DNA of 64,000 nucleotides from the NCBI GenBank assembly GCA_951406725.2, contig OX597824.1, forward strand, positions 92,194,001-92,258,000, given 5' to 3'. This stretch comes from Octopus vulgaris. Taxonomy: Eukaryota. Under the pieces are notes generated by a model. That model searched no databases. It was not told where the DNA came from and worked only from the letters and a program-made list of their open reading frames with translations. Shown piece by piece: positions 40,604 to 57,267 of this stretch (the first letter of the stretch is position 1; each line of letters opens with the position of its first letter). The translations under genes were made by a program, and so were the position numbers.

Positions 40604-40847
40604 ACACACGCACACATTTCATGTTTTAGGGCCGAAGAGATGTTTATACGGTTTTCTAGCAAACGTCGGTGTTGTGTTAATAATTTTGTGTGATGTTTAT
40701 GTCGGTTGTCTTGTTGAGGTGTAATCGTGTTTAATGAAGCGAGAACACCTACCACAAGGTGCGCGAGGTTTTGGTAACTATAACTGTTCCTGTATATTTG
40801 AAGCTTTATATTCTCCACATGTTCCTACTCATTCAGTACCTGTTTAT

Positions 40848-41385
<538 letters not shown>

Positions 41386-41479
41386 TATCACCTGACAAGA
41401 ATTTCTTCCTGTTCGTCTTCACTGTCACCGTTTATACCATTTCATGATATGTTGAATGCTATTTTGACCTTCCACAAAT

Positions 41480-41855
41480 AATTCTTTCTAATGGAAGCAC
41501 ATGGCCTCAAATTTGGGGCAGGGATGAAGTCGATTACATCGACCCCAGTGCGTACTTATTTAAATCCACCCCGAAAGGATGAAAGGCAAAGTCGACTTCC
41601 CTCGAAATACCGCTAAGCATTTCGTCCATCGTGCTAACGATCCTGCCAGCTTGCCACCATAACCTTCTACAAGTCCTGAAATTTGGGTTCCAGTTGATTA
41701 GATGGACCCCAGTATACAACTGTTACTTAATGTATCGACCTCGAAAGTATGAAAGGCTAAGTCGACCTCGGAATTTGAGCTCAGAAAGTAAACTCAGACG
41801 AAATACCGCAAAAAATTTCGCCCGGCGTGCAAATGTTGCTGCCTGCTCGCCACCT
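41480..41855 (-). mobile_element. Two adjacent degraded SINE family A copies
   Basis: gaaaggatgaaaggcaaagtcgac..gaaataccgctaagcatttcg seen twice in degraded form. Confidence 0.75.
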
Positions 41856-42019
41856 TCACTTTCCACAAATAACGTTCAAATTTCGACGGGGTCGATTAAA
41901 TATATACGACCAATGATCTGGCTTGGAGCCAGAATTTGAAACCAATGTTAAATATCAGAATGGCGAGATTATGGATAGTCATCACGCAGATAGGTAGCTA
42001 GATAGAGAGACAGACAGTA

Positions 42020-42084
<65 letters not shown>

Positions 42085-42134
42085 TAATAATAATAATGAC
42101 GACAATGATGATGCTTGATTACAGTGAAGAAAAC

Positions 42135-42165
<31 letters not shown>

Positions 42166-42244
42166 CAGTAGTAGTAGAAAAGAAGGTGGAGGAAGACGAA
42201 AGAAGGCGATTAGGAGGTTGTGGGAAGAGGAAGTATATATATAT

Positions 42245-42602
42245 GGAAGCACTCCGTCGGTTACGACGACGAGGGTTCCGGTTGATCTGATCAACGGAAC
42301 AGCCTGCTCGTGAAATTAACGTGTAAGTGGCTGAGCACTCCACAGACACGTGTACCCTTAACGCAGTTCTCGGGGGATATTCACCGTGACACAGAGAGTG
42401 ACAAGCCCGGCCCTTTGAAATACAGGTACAACAGAAACAGGAAGTAAGAGTGAGAGAAAGTTGTGGTGAAAGAGTACAGCAGGGATCACCACCATCCCTG
42501 CCGGAGCCTCGTGGATATACACTCACAACGCCCGGTCTGGGAATCGAAACCGCGATCCTACGACCGTGAGTCCGCTGCCCTAACCACTGGGCCATTGCGC
42601 CT

Positions 42603-42604
<2 letters not shown>
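42245..42604 (-). mobile_element. SINE family C variant (different head and central block, same 3' module)
   Basis: Head ggaggcgcaatggcccagtggttaggg..tttcgattccc; 3' module ggtacacgtgtctgtgga.tgctcagcca..cacgttaatttcacgagca shared with 31675. Confidence 0.88.
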
Positions 42605-42675
<71 letters not shown>

Positions 42676-42699
42676 ATATTTAAGAGATGAGGAATTATG

Positions 42700-42800
42700 T
42701 AAATTATTTACTACATTTCGGCTGGTATACCCTCCAGCCTTCATCAGGTGTCTTGGGGAAATTTCGAACCTGGGTTCTCATTCCTAAGGTATTTTTCGAT
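42700..42800 (-). ncRNA. Hammerhead-containing module with intact CUGAUGA core
   Basis: gacac-CTGATGA-a-ggctgg(agggtata)ccagcc-GAAA; sequence after GAAA is deleted relative to the 18.3-kb copy. Confidence 0.65.
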
Positions 42801-43552
<752 letters not shown>

Positions 43553-43585
<33 letters not shown>

Positions 43586-43596
43586 CATCATCATCA

Positions 43597-43658
<62 letters not shown>

Positions 43659-44012
43659 AAAACATGCTTAGCGGTATTTCCTGCTTCTTTACGCCGCGAG
43701 TTCAAATTCTATTGAATTTCAGTACTGCTTCTCATCCGTTCGAGGTTGAAAAGTTAAATGGCTCTTGAACACTGGAATCGATATAACGGTCTAACCCTTC
43801 TCCTCAAGATTCTTGACCGATTGCCAAAATAAGAACGGATTATAATAATAATAATTATTATAATTGTTGTTGTTGTTGCTGTTACTGTTTTTATTATTGA
43901 CATCAATATTATTAGTATTATTACTATTGTTGTCGATATTAATGTTGTTACTATCATTATTGCTATTATTATATGTTATCATTGTAATTTTCGCTTTTAT
44001 TATTATTATTAC

Positions 44013-44076
<64 letters not shown>

Positions 44077-44119
44077 GTTATTATTATTATTATTATTATT
44101 ATCATCATTATTATTATTA

Positions 44120-44168
<49 letters not shown>

Positions 44169-44199
44169 CATCATTATTATTATTATCATTATTAACAAC

Positions 44200-44267
<68 letters not shown>

Positions 44268-44335
44268 TATTACTATTACTATTATTACTATTATTATTAT
44301 TATTATCATTATTATTATTGTTATTGATATCATTA
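43553..44335. repeat. (ATT)n tracts with a degraded SINE A between them (~43662-43830)
   Basis: Directly visible; atgcttagcggtatttc..gagttcaaattc. Confidence 0.85.
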
Positions 44336-44769
44336 GAATACGTTAGTGTAACAGAAATATCGTTTATTATTATCATTAATGTGATTTATTTTCAGCGATT
44401 TTTATTTTTATTTGTTATTTCCATTCTCGATATAATCATAGCGATGTTGCTGCTATTTCATTAGAATTATTACCGTTATTGTTTGTGTTCGTTACTCGTT
44501 GTATTGCGTCAATAATTCCTCATTGATTTCCGATAGGTGTCGCTGTACAGCAAGATCACAAAACGGTCTTCGAGTGCTAATTTGATGGCCCGTTCTTCTC
44601 AATACATTTATATGTGATTTGACCGGCAGCTCAGCCATCAGTGTAATGTATAATTTGGAAACACGGCTGAATGGAATGACTTGAGTGGAGTCCTTACGTA
44701 CATACACACCTGTATGAATATAATATACACATATGTAGGCATGTGCTTGTATGTGCGTATCTGTATATA

Positions 44770-44854
<85 letters not shown>

Positions 44855-44914
44855 ACATATATATATATATAAATACAGGTAAATACACACATTTATATAT
44901 ATTTATACATGCAT

Positions 44915-44951
<37 letters not shown>

Positions 44952-45102
44952 TATAGATATGTATATATATCGGTATTCGTATATTTATTTATACATATAT
45001 ATATAGGTATTTATATATATACATGCAGAGATAGATTGATAGAAAGAAAGATAAATAGATAGCTAGATACATACATAGTCACAGACAGACATATAGACAG
45101 AC

Positions 45103-45179
<77 letters not shown>

Positions 45180-45180
45180 C

Positions 45181-45249
<69 letters not shown>

Positions 45250-45747
45250 GTCTGTTTCAATGAGAGTGCCTATGTGTAAGTCTGTGTGTTTGGATGCTTG
45301 AGATGGTGTGTATATAAACATGCATACAAGTGTATATGCAGAAACGCCACACATACATTTATACACATATATAAAAACATTCGGATGCGTGTGTGAGTGT
45401 ATGTGTGTGAGTGTGCGTATGTGTACGCATATAAATATCCTGTTTATAATCATTATATTGAGGAACAAACATCAAATGCCTTCCCAGAGCCTATTTGTCA
45501 AATCATTAATAGCGAGTTTCTGTCTAGTTAGTGCCATTTGTTATGTCACTATTTGAAGTGCTATTGTAGATAAAACTAGATTTATACAAGATTCCTCACA
45601 TTTCCTTCTGCAGCAATGGCGACTTCACAATAAGACTTACGCCATCTTTTTTATTTTTATTTTTATCTTTGCTGTATCTCTCAACTCATGCCGCATTCTA
45701 TATTCTATTTGACTCTCAGATGTTGCTACTGTTCCTATGTTTAGTGT

Positions 45748-46035
45748 GAAGGCGCGCGGCTTAGTGGTTAAAGTACTCGGCTCCCGATCGTAACGACGTG
45801 AGTTCGATTCTTGCTGCGAGTTATGCCCTTGAGCAGAACAATTTGTTTCAATTTCTTCCAATCCACCTAGCTGCAAAAAGGAGTAGTACCGGTTATTAAA
45901 ATGGCCAGCGTTGTTACGTTCTGTATCAGGCTGAATCTCCTTGAGAAACAGGTTAATGATATGAGTATCTGTGGAGTACTCAGCCACTTGCACGTTAATT
46001 TAATGAGCTATCTGCTTTCCTCATCGGACCAACTA
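45748..46035 (+). mobile_element. Degraded SINE family C
   Basis: ggcttagtggtta..gagttcgattc..ccttgagcag..tctgtggagtactcagccacttgcacgttaatt. Confidence 0.8.
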
Positions 46036-46362
46036 GCACAAACGGAGTGCATCTTCTCAGCTACGATTTCTTCTGTCCAATGTATGAGGTACAACCGAAG
46101 TATTTCAGTGGGGTGTACCTCGAGTTATACATGTATGGTGCTTTCATTTTCTATCAACAAGTAGTTTTATGTTTTGGAATTACAGTGTTCACTGAAAACA
46201 AATAAAAATTCTCAATTCTTTCAGAGAAATTTGATAAAATTTCTTTTCAAATCATGTAAGAATGTTGAGCATCAAACTATTTCTATATCTGTCAAGATTA
46301 AGTTTGTGTCTGTGTCAAGAAACGTGATTGTTAAGCAATACGTAAGTGTGCGTGAATGCATA

Positions 46363-46429
<67 letters not shown>

Positions 46430-46430
46430 T

Positions 46431-46641
46431 CTTTACTTTTTTACTTATTTCAGTCATTTGACTGCGGCCATGCTAGAGCACAGCATTTAGTCCAGCAAAT
46501 CGACCCCAAGACTTATTATTTGTAAGCCTAGTACTTATTCTATCGGTCCTTTCGCCGAACTGCTAAGTTACGGGGACGTAAACACACCGTCATCGGTTGT
46601 CAAGCGATGTTGGGGGGAGAAACACAGACACACAAACATAT

Positions 46642-46707
<66 letters not shown>

Positions 46708-46887
46708 GTATGTGTGTACATACATACGGCAGGCTTTTTTCAGTTTCCATCTACCAAATCCACTCACAAGGCTTTGGTCGGCCCGAGGCTATAGTAGAAG
46801 TCACTTGCCCAAGGTGCCACGCAGTGAGAATGAACCCGGAACCATGTGGTTGGTAAGCAAGCTACTTACCACACAGCCACTCCTGCA

Positions 46888-46889
<2 letters not shown>
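46431..46889 (-). mobile_element. Full-length SINE family B within (TA)n
   Basis: Colinear with 30923-31332. Confidence 0.9.
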
Positions 46890-46937
<48 letters not shown>

Positions 46938-47865
46938 TATACTGACGAGTAATTAGACAAAAAACAGAAAGAGGAATTGAACACCCCTGGTAAAAGTTAC
47001 AAGTATTAACGCATATATTTTCCTCTGGTGTTGATGGCAAGTGTTTCGGCCATGTTTTCAGAATTTACACTTGGTGTATATGATCTGCATCTAGGGGGAT
47101 GTGTACAATGTGCACTGCGTTTGTATCAGAGTATTCCATTTGGAAGCGACTGAACACTCAATTTATCCCTCAACTCGCGATCCTTCTTTAGCGTTGATTT
47201 ATCTTTCATCCGCATGAACTGTAAAGAATAGAGTTAAAACTCGTCGCTAATTAATCATGTTATAAATTAATCAGTTTAAATTTAGAATTTTATTTCATTA
47301 ATTTTCATTTCGATCAGTCTGATCTTCGCTCGTCATAAAGATTATTAAGGAAACGCAAATAGAGCCGAACTGCATTCAAAATGAGACCGCTTACTTCCCA
47401 ACAAAGAATTGTAACGCTTTTATCCATTGGACAATTGGATGATGGATGCACAATTAATTTTAGATTATTGGATTAATCAATTTCTCTTGTAGCGAAGTTA
47501 TATTGAGCACATGACAACTAGATACTTATCGATTAAGCTATCAACAAGCGTTGTGAACTGGTTCTTATATAGTTTAGGTTACACTTACTCGAAATACTTA
47601 TTGAGCTCATCTATCTAAATAAAACTGAATATTGTCTCCTACTTTTAGTCAGATTTTGGATGTGTCAAACCCCAATCTTAATATTTCGGTTATTTATTGA
47701 GCGCATGGTAAATGATTACATCAAATGAGTATTCTCTGTTGTTTGGTCTAGAATAGAAAAAAGAGTCTATAGTATTCACGAACATAGAGGGAAACTAAAG
47801 ACAAACTCGCGGACGTGTTTAAACTTACATTAAGAAGGTTTAACTCCATGACAAAAAACTACGTT

Positions 47866-48211
47866 TCTCTATATATAAAGCTGAAGTTTTCTGTGTATGG
47901 CAGGTTTGGTAGCCTTCAACTAACACTATCTCCTCCGAGTCGCTGCGGGGCGCAAGTTGACTAAAATTGAGAGTATGATAGAAGAAGGCTTGCTCTTCCT
48001 TCCGTAGCAGAAAAGATTCAAATCGGACCATGTTAACACCAAAAATTATTTACATCAAAAAGGTGCTTTTGTCTATGGAAATCCATATTTTTTGCGATTT
48101 TTTGACTGCTAAAGAGAATAACAAGCTACATAATGCAAAATTTTTACGTTACAAAAATTCCAATTCTAAAGGGTCGAAACAAACCCGAGCAACGCCGGGC
48201 GATACTGCTAG
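47866..48211 (+). mobile_element. Non-autonomous Helitron (~345 bp)
   Basis: 5' TCtctatatataaag; 3' hairpin cccgagcaacgccggg followed 8 nt later by CTAG|T; no TSD. Confidence 0.7.
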
Positions 48212-50344
48212 TTTACAATAATTTGAAAAGATGATCCGTAGCTCATCTTTATAACCAATAATCTCTGAAGTCAATGTGATGGATTAACTGAAAGAAAAAT
48301 TAAAAGCTAAAACTTACTTAATAACGAATGTAAATATCTTCATTTTCTGTCAACGGAAAAGAGAAATCCATATAACCTTAATACATTCTTCCTATCCAGT
48401 TTATTCCAGAAGGGAAGAAGTAACCAATTGCCTCTTTTTAATATACTGGTACAATGAGCAGAAATTAGTTGTCTCTGCTATGAATGTCGCCCTCGATAGA
48501 GTGTTAAAACACCAGGTGACAGAGATGAACACCAATATACCAGCCTATATAGCAGTACGTAGCCACGTGATAAAAACGAAACCGAATAACTGATATCCAC
48601 GTCTACATTCAACACAAAAGAAAGGTTCGGCAAACTTTCACAGTCTATACTTTAAAGCAAAGAATATTGTTTAAGAACATATTGAGAATATGCAATAGAT
48701 AAAGAAGCAACAGGAATAGGTTTAAAATTAACAACCATCTTCACTATTTCTTACGGGGCTTCAATCTCCTAACGTTATCAGATCTTAAAAAGGTGAAGTA
48801 TATTATTGGAAATGTTTAATAAAGGAGAAACTGAGTTGTAGTCCTAAAGGTCGAAATAGAAGCACACTAGAGCTTTTAGAATGAAAAACAAAATCTCTTG
48901 GTTGAGAATGCCTCTCTCCCTGCTTCTCACTCTACTTGTCTGCCTGCCTGTCTGTGAGTATCTGTATATCTCGCGCTCTCTGCATGTATATGTATGTGTG
49001 TTGATGTGTGTGTATCTAAGCCAACAGTTCCAGTAAGAAGTAATATATTGGAATGGAATGGAATTTTCTTACTTGATAGTAAAACAGTGAGGAATTAGAG
49101 AATTGAATTCCAATGACGTAGAACTTGTAGCGCTTATTTATAAATAAACCAGAACACCCACAGCTTGCATAAACGCATCATGGCTACCTTTGCTGACATA
49201 TGAATTTAAATAGCCTCAAACTGCTGCATAAATTTTACCTGCGTTAATGACCTGGTGGATAAGAATATCACTAGCCTTAGACTGGTAACAATATTTGCTT
49301 ACGAGAATATGATTATATTTATATATATCGACGTTCGTCAACTCCAATCAGGAAACGTGATGTCGCTGTAAATATTTATAAATAAATTTGATCACCAAAT
49401 GTAAATTAAATATTTCTCAAGCTTTATAATTATATTGCCAGTAACTTATAACAGAATTTTTTCAGAAAAGCTGATTTAAAAAAAATAAATTGAATCTATA
49501 ATTTTTCTGGACGAATGCAGGAATATCTCATGAAGAATACCATATATTCCACACCCATTTCAGTTCGCTTATATTAATCATATAAGGATTAATTTTCATA
49601 AATGTTGCAAACCTTAATTTTAAAAATCAATTTAAATTTCTTATTAAAAATGACATTTATGAAGATCATTTAAAAAAAAAATTGAACACCTATAATGGTT
49701 CAAATTGCAGAATTCATATCAGAATAAGACGTGGTAAGATGAGAATATGCAACAGAGGAAAATATATGCTCGCTCATGGAAATCAAATTTAATTAAGTAA
49801 ATCATTTTTACGACATATTTATAATACAAGACTCACAGATGGAGATAGCCATGTAACGGTTTCCAGAAGACCCGGTTACATATTTGTGTTATCTAAGTCA
49901 AGAGCTCATTTTGTTCTTTCAGTAATTTTATAGGACATGTTACCACTTTGTTTAAATAGTGAATTTTAGCATGCATAATATTAAGTAGAGGAGTTATAAA
50001 TTGATTGTGTAAAATGAAGCGAAACAAAGTTGCGCTCCTACGTTTTATTTAACATTCAGATTTTAAAACGAAATCAGTAACTGTTATGACGTGGGTATAC
50101 ACCTCTGGTGTATAATGGCATTACACAAATATATAGGTGGTTGTGGTTATCTGAAAATAACCTATCGTAGGAATGTATGTGAACACAGAACGCACATCAT
50201 ACTATCCGAACGTAGGCACGATACTCAGCATTCACTGTTCGACTACCGACTGTTAAACCAACACACGTCGAGCTAACACGGTATACCAACACGGTCGAAC
50301 TAACGCCGTCAACTACGCTCAGAGAGTTCCCTGTATTCTTATTT

Positions 50345-50567
50345 CTTTATGGCCCACAAGGGGCTAAACATAGAGGGGACAAACAAGGACAAAGGGATTA
50401 AGTCGATTACATCGACCCCAGTACGTAACTGGTGCTTATTTAACCGACCCCGAAAGGATGAAAGGCAAAGTCGACCTCAGTGGAATTTGAACTCAGAACG
50501 TAACGGCAGACGAAATACCGCTAAGCATTTCGTCCAGCGTGCTAACGATTCTGCCAGCTTACCGGCT
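50345..50567 (-). mobile_element. SINE family A with TSD
   Basis: TSD ctgtattcttattt on both sides. Confidence 0.9.
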
Positions 50568-50595
50568 TCACTGTATTCTTATTTATTTCATTTGG

Positions 50596-50638
<43 letters not shown>

Positions 50639-50910
50639 CACGTGTGTGTGCGTGTCCTAACGGGATCTAGTTGTATCTTCACAGCTGATATATAATCGCT
50701 ATCCCGGTAAATAAATCCTTGACTGATGTTAACACAAAAACCAGTTCGATGTGTTACCATCAAACTCAAAAATTTACTTACGGGGACAGCGACTATATAT
50801 CACATGAGGAGACAGGAGACACAACTGGGTCGCATCCTACAGGTAAACCGTTGCTTAATACATATATCCTGTGTATATGTGGTTCTATGCTGTATCGAAA
50901 CACTCTATTT

Positions 50911-50987
<77 letters not shown>

Positions 50988-50990
50988 ATC

Positions 50991-51225
50991 CGTTGTGATC
51001 CCTCGACTATCGCGGGTGTTACGATCCCAAACCCCACGCAGTCAGTGAAAATCCGCGAAGTAGAAACAATACTCTATTGTATATTCACATGTCCTTTTCA
51101 TCATTTTTATAATTTGTAGATAATTATTATATTATAAATGCAAAACAACACCACGGAGGAATCAATGGAAACTTAAATAATACACCGCGATAGGTGAAAC
51201 GCTGTATGGTGAGAGATTGCTCTGT
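50991..51225. mobile_element. Degraded pogo/Tigger-like MITE
   Basis: Left atccctcgactatcgcgg versus right ccgcgataggtg..gtgagagatt form imperfect TIR/sub-TIR pairs. Confidence 0.45.
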
Positions 51226-51956
51226 GGATATGTATGCGTGAGTGTCTCTACGTTTATGTATATTTGTGTACGTGTGTTTATATGTAGGTTCGTGTAGGCA
51301 CGTATGCGGGTTGTCTGCATTAGTTCGCATGTATTTTCTTTTCTTTGGAAGGGCATGTAGATAAGCGTGAATATTTATTATTTCTGGGATATTCTGTATA
51401 TTTTGAAAATACCGTGATATAGAGAGAGGAAAGCGAAACAAATATATATGACAAGACAGAAGAGATAAAGAAAAGGCTATAACATGGTGAGATACACTCA
51501 CAAACGCACACACAGTATCTCTCTCTCTCTGGCTGTGTCTCTCACACAGACACACACTTACAGACTTACATATTCTATATTATGTGTGTTATATATTGGT
51601 ATGTGTACTTTCTTATCAAAGAAAGAATGGAAAGTATCATAATGGTATATGAGTGATAAAGAAAGACGAATTTGCATTAACGGGATTGGGGTTAGATTAA
51701 TACGTCAAATACAAATGATTAATGGCAATATATTAGAATCGTGGATCTTGCTGGCTCCATTTATCAAATATTTCAAAATCCAAAATAGGAACTCTTTAAT
51801 GCTAGATTCTTGTACGTGAATAAATAGCAGACCGATGATGCTGGTGATGACGAAGATGGTGATTATGATGACGACGAAGGCGGCGCTGGTGATGGGAATA
51901 ATAACAGTGAAAAGACGAAAATATTATTAAAAAGGATCATGTAAATAGTAACGATA

Positions 51957-52034
51957 TTAATAATAATAATAATAATAATGATGATGATAATAATGATAAT
52001 AATAATAATAATAATAATAATGATGATGATAATG

Positions 52035-52126
<92 letters not shown>

Positions 52127-52338
52127 AATAATGAAGTTCTGTAAATTTAAAAATGATAGACTAAAAAAGGAAAAAGAAGTAGGGTTAGCAAAAATAACAG
52201 AGATGCAATTAATAACAGCAGAAAATGGCGCGGTTTAATGGTTAATACACATGTCATTGGAATACCAATGTTCACATGCGAAAAGTCGTACAGAAGAACA
52301 GGCATACACTGATACATACATATTTGTATGTGTGTGTG

Positions 52339-52377
<39 letters not shown>

Positions 52378-52634
52378 TATATATATGTACAAATATACAT
52401 ATATATATATATGTTTATATATATATGTACAAATATATATATATGTATGTATATATATAGCTATAATTATATTTCTTTATATATATATATATATATATAT
52501 ACAAATATACATATATATGTATATATATGTATGTACAAATATATATATATATATATATGTATGTATATATATATATAGCTATAAATATATTTATATATAT
52601 ATATATATTTTTATATATATATATATATATATAT

Positions 52635-52674
<40 letters not shown>

Positions 52675-52760
52675 AAATATGTATATGTATGCATGTGTGG
52701 GTACACATACATGTATATGTATGTTTATGTATACATACACGTATATCTGTGTGTGAGTGA
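51957..52760. repeat. (AAT)n/(GAT)n and (TA)n/(TG)n microsatellites
   Basis: Directly visible. Confidence 0.9.
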
Positions 52761-53000
52761 GTTTGTGTTACGTGGGTGTACCGTTATATCATAATGAAGA
52801 TAATATCTTAAGAAATAGTTATTGTGAATACACACACACAGACACACACACACACACACACGCATGTAATTAATTCACTGAATCTTTACTTGATTCTCTG
52901 TCTCTCCATCTCGATTTCTGTACCTCAGTTTTTCTATCTCTCCTTCTTTCTCCATCCTTTTTCTCTCTTTCACTATATTATTGTAAATATATCTGTGAAT

Positions 53001-53059
<59 letters not shown>

Positions 53060-53084
53060 TCTGTCTGAGTATTCATTCATTCTT

Positions 53085-53286
53085 TTATTCTTTTACGGTG
53101 CTGGAGCACCGCCTTTAGCTGAATCAAATCAACCCCAGGACTTAGTCTTTGTAAGGTTAGTACTTATTCTACCGGTCTCTTTTGCCGAACCGCTAAGTTA
53201 AGGGGATTTAAAAACGCCAACATCAGCTGTCAAGCAATGTTGGGGGGAGGTACTAACACAGACACACAACATATACATACACATAC

Positions 53287-53341
<55 letters not shown>

Positions 53342-53504
53342 CGACGGGCTTCTTTCAGTTTCCGTCTAACAAATCTACTCACAAGGCTTTGGTCCGCCCG
53401 ATGCTATAGAAGAAGACACTTGCCCAAGATGCTAGGCAGTAGGACTGAAACCGCAGCCATGCGGTTGGTGAGCAAGCTACACACCACACAGCCACTCCTG
53501 CGCC
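53085..53504 (-). mobile_element. Near full-length SINE family B
   Basis: Colinear with 30923-31332, internal (TA)n. Confidence 0.88.
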
Positions 53505-53824
53505 TATGTTGTAGTAAAAGGAAGAAACACATAGGTAACACACACGTGCGAATGCGCAACCGTGCAGAAAGGTACTTGTGCGGGCATACACATACATACA
53601 CACACACATATATATGTGAACACATGCGTATATGCTGACACGTATATTCGTATATCTTTGGAGAGAAATATAGGAGAGAATGAAATGCCGAACCGCCAAT
53701 GTTATTTGGACATAAATTAACCAATGCCGGTCATCAGGGGTTGATGCGGGACAAAGACTGTCAGACAGAAAGACTCACACACACACTCCCTTACACATTC
53801 ACACACATGTAAACATAATGTATG

Positions 53825-53985
53825 AAGAGCTTCTTTCAGTTTCCGTTTTCCAAAAGCATCCACAAGGCTTTCGTCCGCCGAAACTATCTTAGAAGAATTA
53901 AGCCCAAAGTGCCACGTAGTGGGACTGAACCTAGAACAGTGACTTTGGAGACAGAACTTCTTACCACACAGCCACGCCTGTGCCT
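53825..53985 (-). mobile_element. SINE family B 5' half
   Basis: gcttctttcagtttccg..gtgccacgtagtgggactgaacc..ttaccacacagccac. Confidence 0.8.
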
Positions 53986-54529
53986 ATGCTGCCGGGATTT
54001 CACATTTTTTTTCTGTCTTCGACAATTATTCAGTTTCCATTGGGTGGACTACGGCTATAGTACAAGAAAATTGTGAAAAAAAACCAAATCCTGAAACCAC
54101 GTGATTGCAAAGTGAGTTTAATCACGTGACCATCGTAGCCACCTGGCTTATCATTACCCTTGATTCACAGCAAACGTTCCTTTCCCGTAAAGTAAGACTT
54201 ATTCAAGAAATTCTTCAGTCAAAACAGCTCCGGTGTATTCCACACTGATATTCAACGCTAAATTTTCAAATTTAGATTAACTTGCATTACTGAAATGATT
54301 TGGTTTCGATTTTCAAATATTACATTCCGATATCTTGAAGCATTGAAACATTCACGATCTCTGCACGAGAGCAATTTCTCATCTTATATCAACAAAACAC
54401 TGGAGATTGATCACTTTAGATACAAACAGCCTTATATAACTGCCATGTTTGGCGTTTTGACTAAACTGCTAACAACAAATATTTAAATTTCGCATAATCT
54501 CTCCCTACATTACCCTTCTCCACTCTTTA

Positions 54530-54561
54530 ATTATCTATCTATCTATCTATCTATCTGTCTG

Positions 54562-54598
<37 letters not shown>

Positions 54599-54658
54599 TT
54601 ATCTATTTTTCTACCTATCTGTCTGTATATCTATATATCTATCTATCTGTCTGTCTGT

Positions 54659-54727
<69 letters not shown>

Positions 54728-55011
54728 AATTTATGTATCTATCAACCTGACTGTCTGTCTGTCTGCCTGTCTATCTATCTCTATCTCTCTCTCTCTCTTT
54801 ATCTATCTATCTATCCATCTATCTATTTATCTATCTACCTGTCTATCTGTCTGTCTGCCTATTTTTCTGAATATGTGCTGCAGTTTGTAAATTACATTAC
54901 TACCCTTGTTCGTATATTGAATGTTTGATATAGATACGCGCGCGCACAAACACGCACAAGCACAGACACACACTATATATATATATGTGTGTGTGTGCGT
55001 ATGTACATATT

Positions 55012-55060
<49 letters not shown>

Positions 55061-55328
55061 AAACACACACACATATATATATATATGTATCGGTTTATAT
55101 ATATATATATATATGTGTGTGTGTATATATATACATATATATATGTATATATATATTTGTGTATATGTGTATATTTAAGTATATATATATACACACACAC
55201 GCACACATATGTACATATACATATATACAGACACACACACATACACCCGCGTGCATATATATGTACGCATATGCGTGTATGTGTGTCTGTGTGTGTGCGC
55301 GTTTGTATCTATGTGTGTGTGTGTGTCG
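54530..55328. repeat. (ATCT)n and (TA)n/(TG)n microsatellites
   Basis: Directly visible. Confidence 0.93.
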
Positions 55329-55759
55329 TTACGTATTATCGATCTGATTGTCTTCTAATTGATTAGTCAAACCTATAACAGGGCGTACACTTTGGATTTC
55401 TATTCCGTTCAAGTGATATTTAATGATATTTATACAAGATATTGAGTGACGGCGGTAAATACTATTGCCAGCAGTCCTGTTCGCTCTGCTGAGATGGGCG
55501 ACGCGAGGAACTTCATTATATTTGCATTTGTTGTTGTTGTTGAGGCTGTTGTTGTTAAAAGGAGTATTGATAGTATTGGTAGTAGTAGTAGTAGTAGTAG
55601 TAGATGTTGTTGCTGTTATTTTCATTGTGGTTTTTGTTGTTGCTGTTTTTTGCGGTTGTTGTATTTAGTGTATTAGTCGCAGCTTTGGGTGTATATCGCA
55701 ACGACAGCAGTTTTGCAAAAGTGGTTGTTTTGGGGATACGGTGACGATTGTGATCAATT

Positions 55760-56145
55760 CGACGATCATGATGACGAGGATGATGATGACGATGATGATG
55801 ACGATGATGATGATGATGATGACGATGACGATGATGATGACGATGATGATAATGATGCCGATGATGATGATGGTGATGATGACGATGATGATGATCATGA
55901 TGACGACGATGATGATGACGACGATGGCGATGATGATGATGATGACGACGATGATGATGATGATCATGATGACGACGATGATGATGAGGACGATGGCGAT
56001 GAAGTTGATGATGACGACGATGACGATGATGATGATGATGGCGACGATGATGATGACGACGCCGCCGATGACGATGATGATGACGACGACGACGACGACG
56101 ACGACGATGATGATAATGGCGACGACGATGAGGATGATGATGATG
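55760..56145. repeat. Degenerate (GAT/GAC)n microsatellite
   Basis: Directly visible. Confidence 0.9.
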
Positions 56146-57198
56146 CTAGCGACAATCTTTATCCTCATAATAACGATCGTCGGTTCGGTGTTTTGGAATT
56201 GAAAGCTAATGATGTTGTTAACAACGATCAAATATACGGAATCTCGCTCTAGCAGTTGCCATGTTCATTAAAACATTCCGATGGTGGCATTATAATTTAC
56301 TTTTTTTTCTTTATTGACATGGCTGCCGTATTAGCACTAGTCGTATCTGTAATAGGAGCGATAGCGGTATCTTTCTGGTGATTATCAACTTGTTAATGAT
56401 GTACTTAGCAGATGAATACAAGCGTCTCCACTGAGCTATGATGTACCGCCATGACAGTATCAATGGTCGTATATTATTAGCAGTGATAACAATTGCAGTA
56501 GAGCTTTTAGTAATATATTTAATACTGAGTTACAACATGCTAGTGAAGGTAGAAAGCCTGATCAGTCGTTCAATGCAATACTTGTTTAAGAACAATTGGT
56601 AGCTGCTATAGTTTTCGTATCAGCGCAGAATTAACACCATATTTGCAACACCACGTTTGGCAATCTTGTAGGCTTAGTGTATTTATGTTAAATGCGGTAC
56701 TATTTAAAATATAACGACGGTTTAGATGTCATCTGAATCTATGACGAAGTCTTCAATGAGGTAATATTTCTCTTCACTCTCTCCGCCTTTGAGAAATAAC
56801 AGCTAGATTTTCGTTGTTGTTTGCTGACTGACACTGCTGCCTCCATATTTCTCTTTAGGTTAAACATTGTGGAGACAACATTACGATTCATTAGCGCGAG
56901 ATTGATACAATGAAGTACCAGCAAGTACCAGATCGACGTAATCGCATTGACGTCCCCCACATCTGCAACGAACGCGTGCCTTACCCATAAATTAGTAACG
57001 AATATGGTTATTAATACTTGTAACATAACTAATAATATTGGTAATATTTCTAAGTCTTTTATAGGTATGCGTAAATTTCGTGCTCTATAAATATATATAA
57101 TCTGGAATAGAAAGTAAAGTCAAATATCCCACGTGTTCAATTATGAAGTGAACACACGTACATACATACACACAGAAATATGGTTTATATATATATGT

Positions 57199-57223
57199 AT
57201 ATATATTTGTGTGTATAATTATA

Positions 57224-57267
<44 letters not shown>

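Noticed and set aside
44492-44700. Protein-like minus-strand frame [16 protein letters not shown]...
   Set aside because: No acceptor site or start outside the microsatellite, and no recognisable homology.
55689-56252. Asp-rich biomineralisation-type protein
   Set aside because: Non-ATG start, no clear signal peptide or splice support, and other frames are also open; consistent with a decayed (GAT)n tract.
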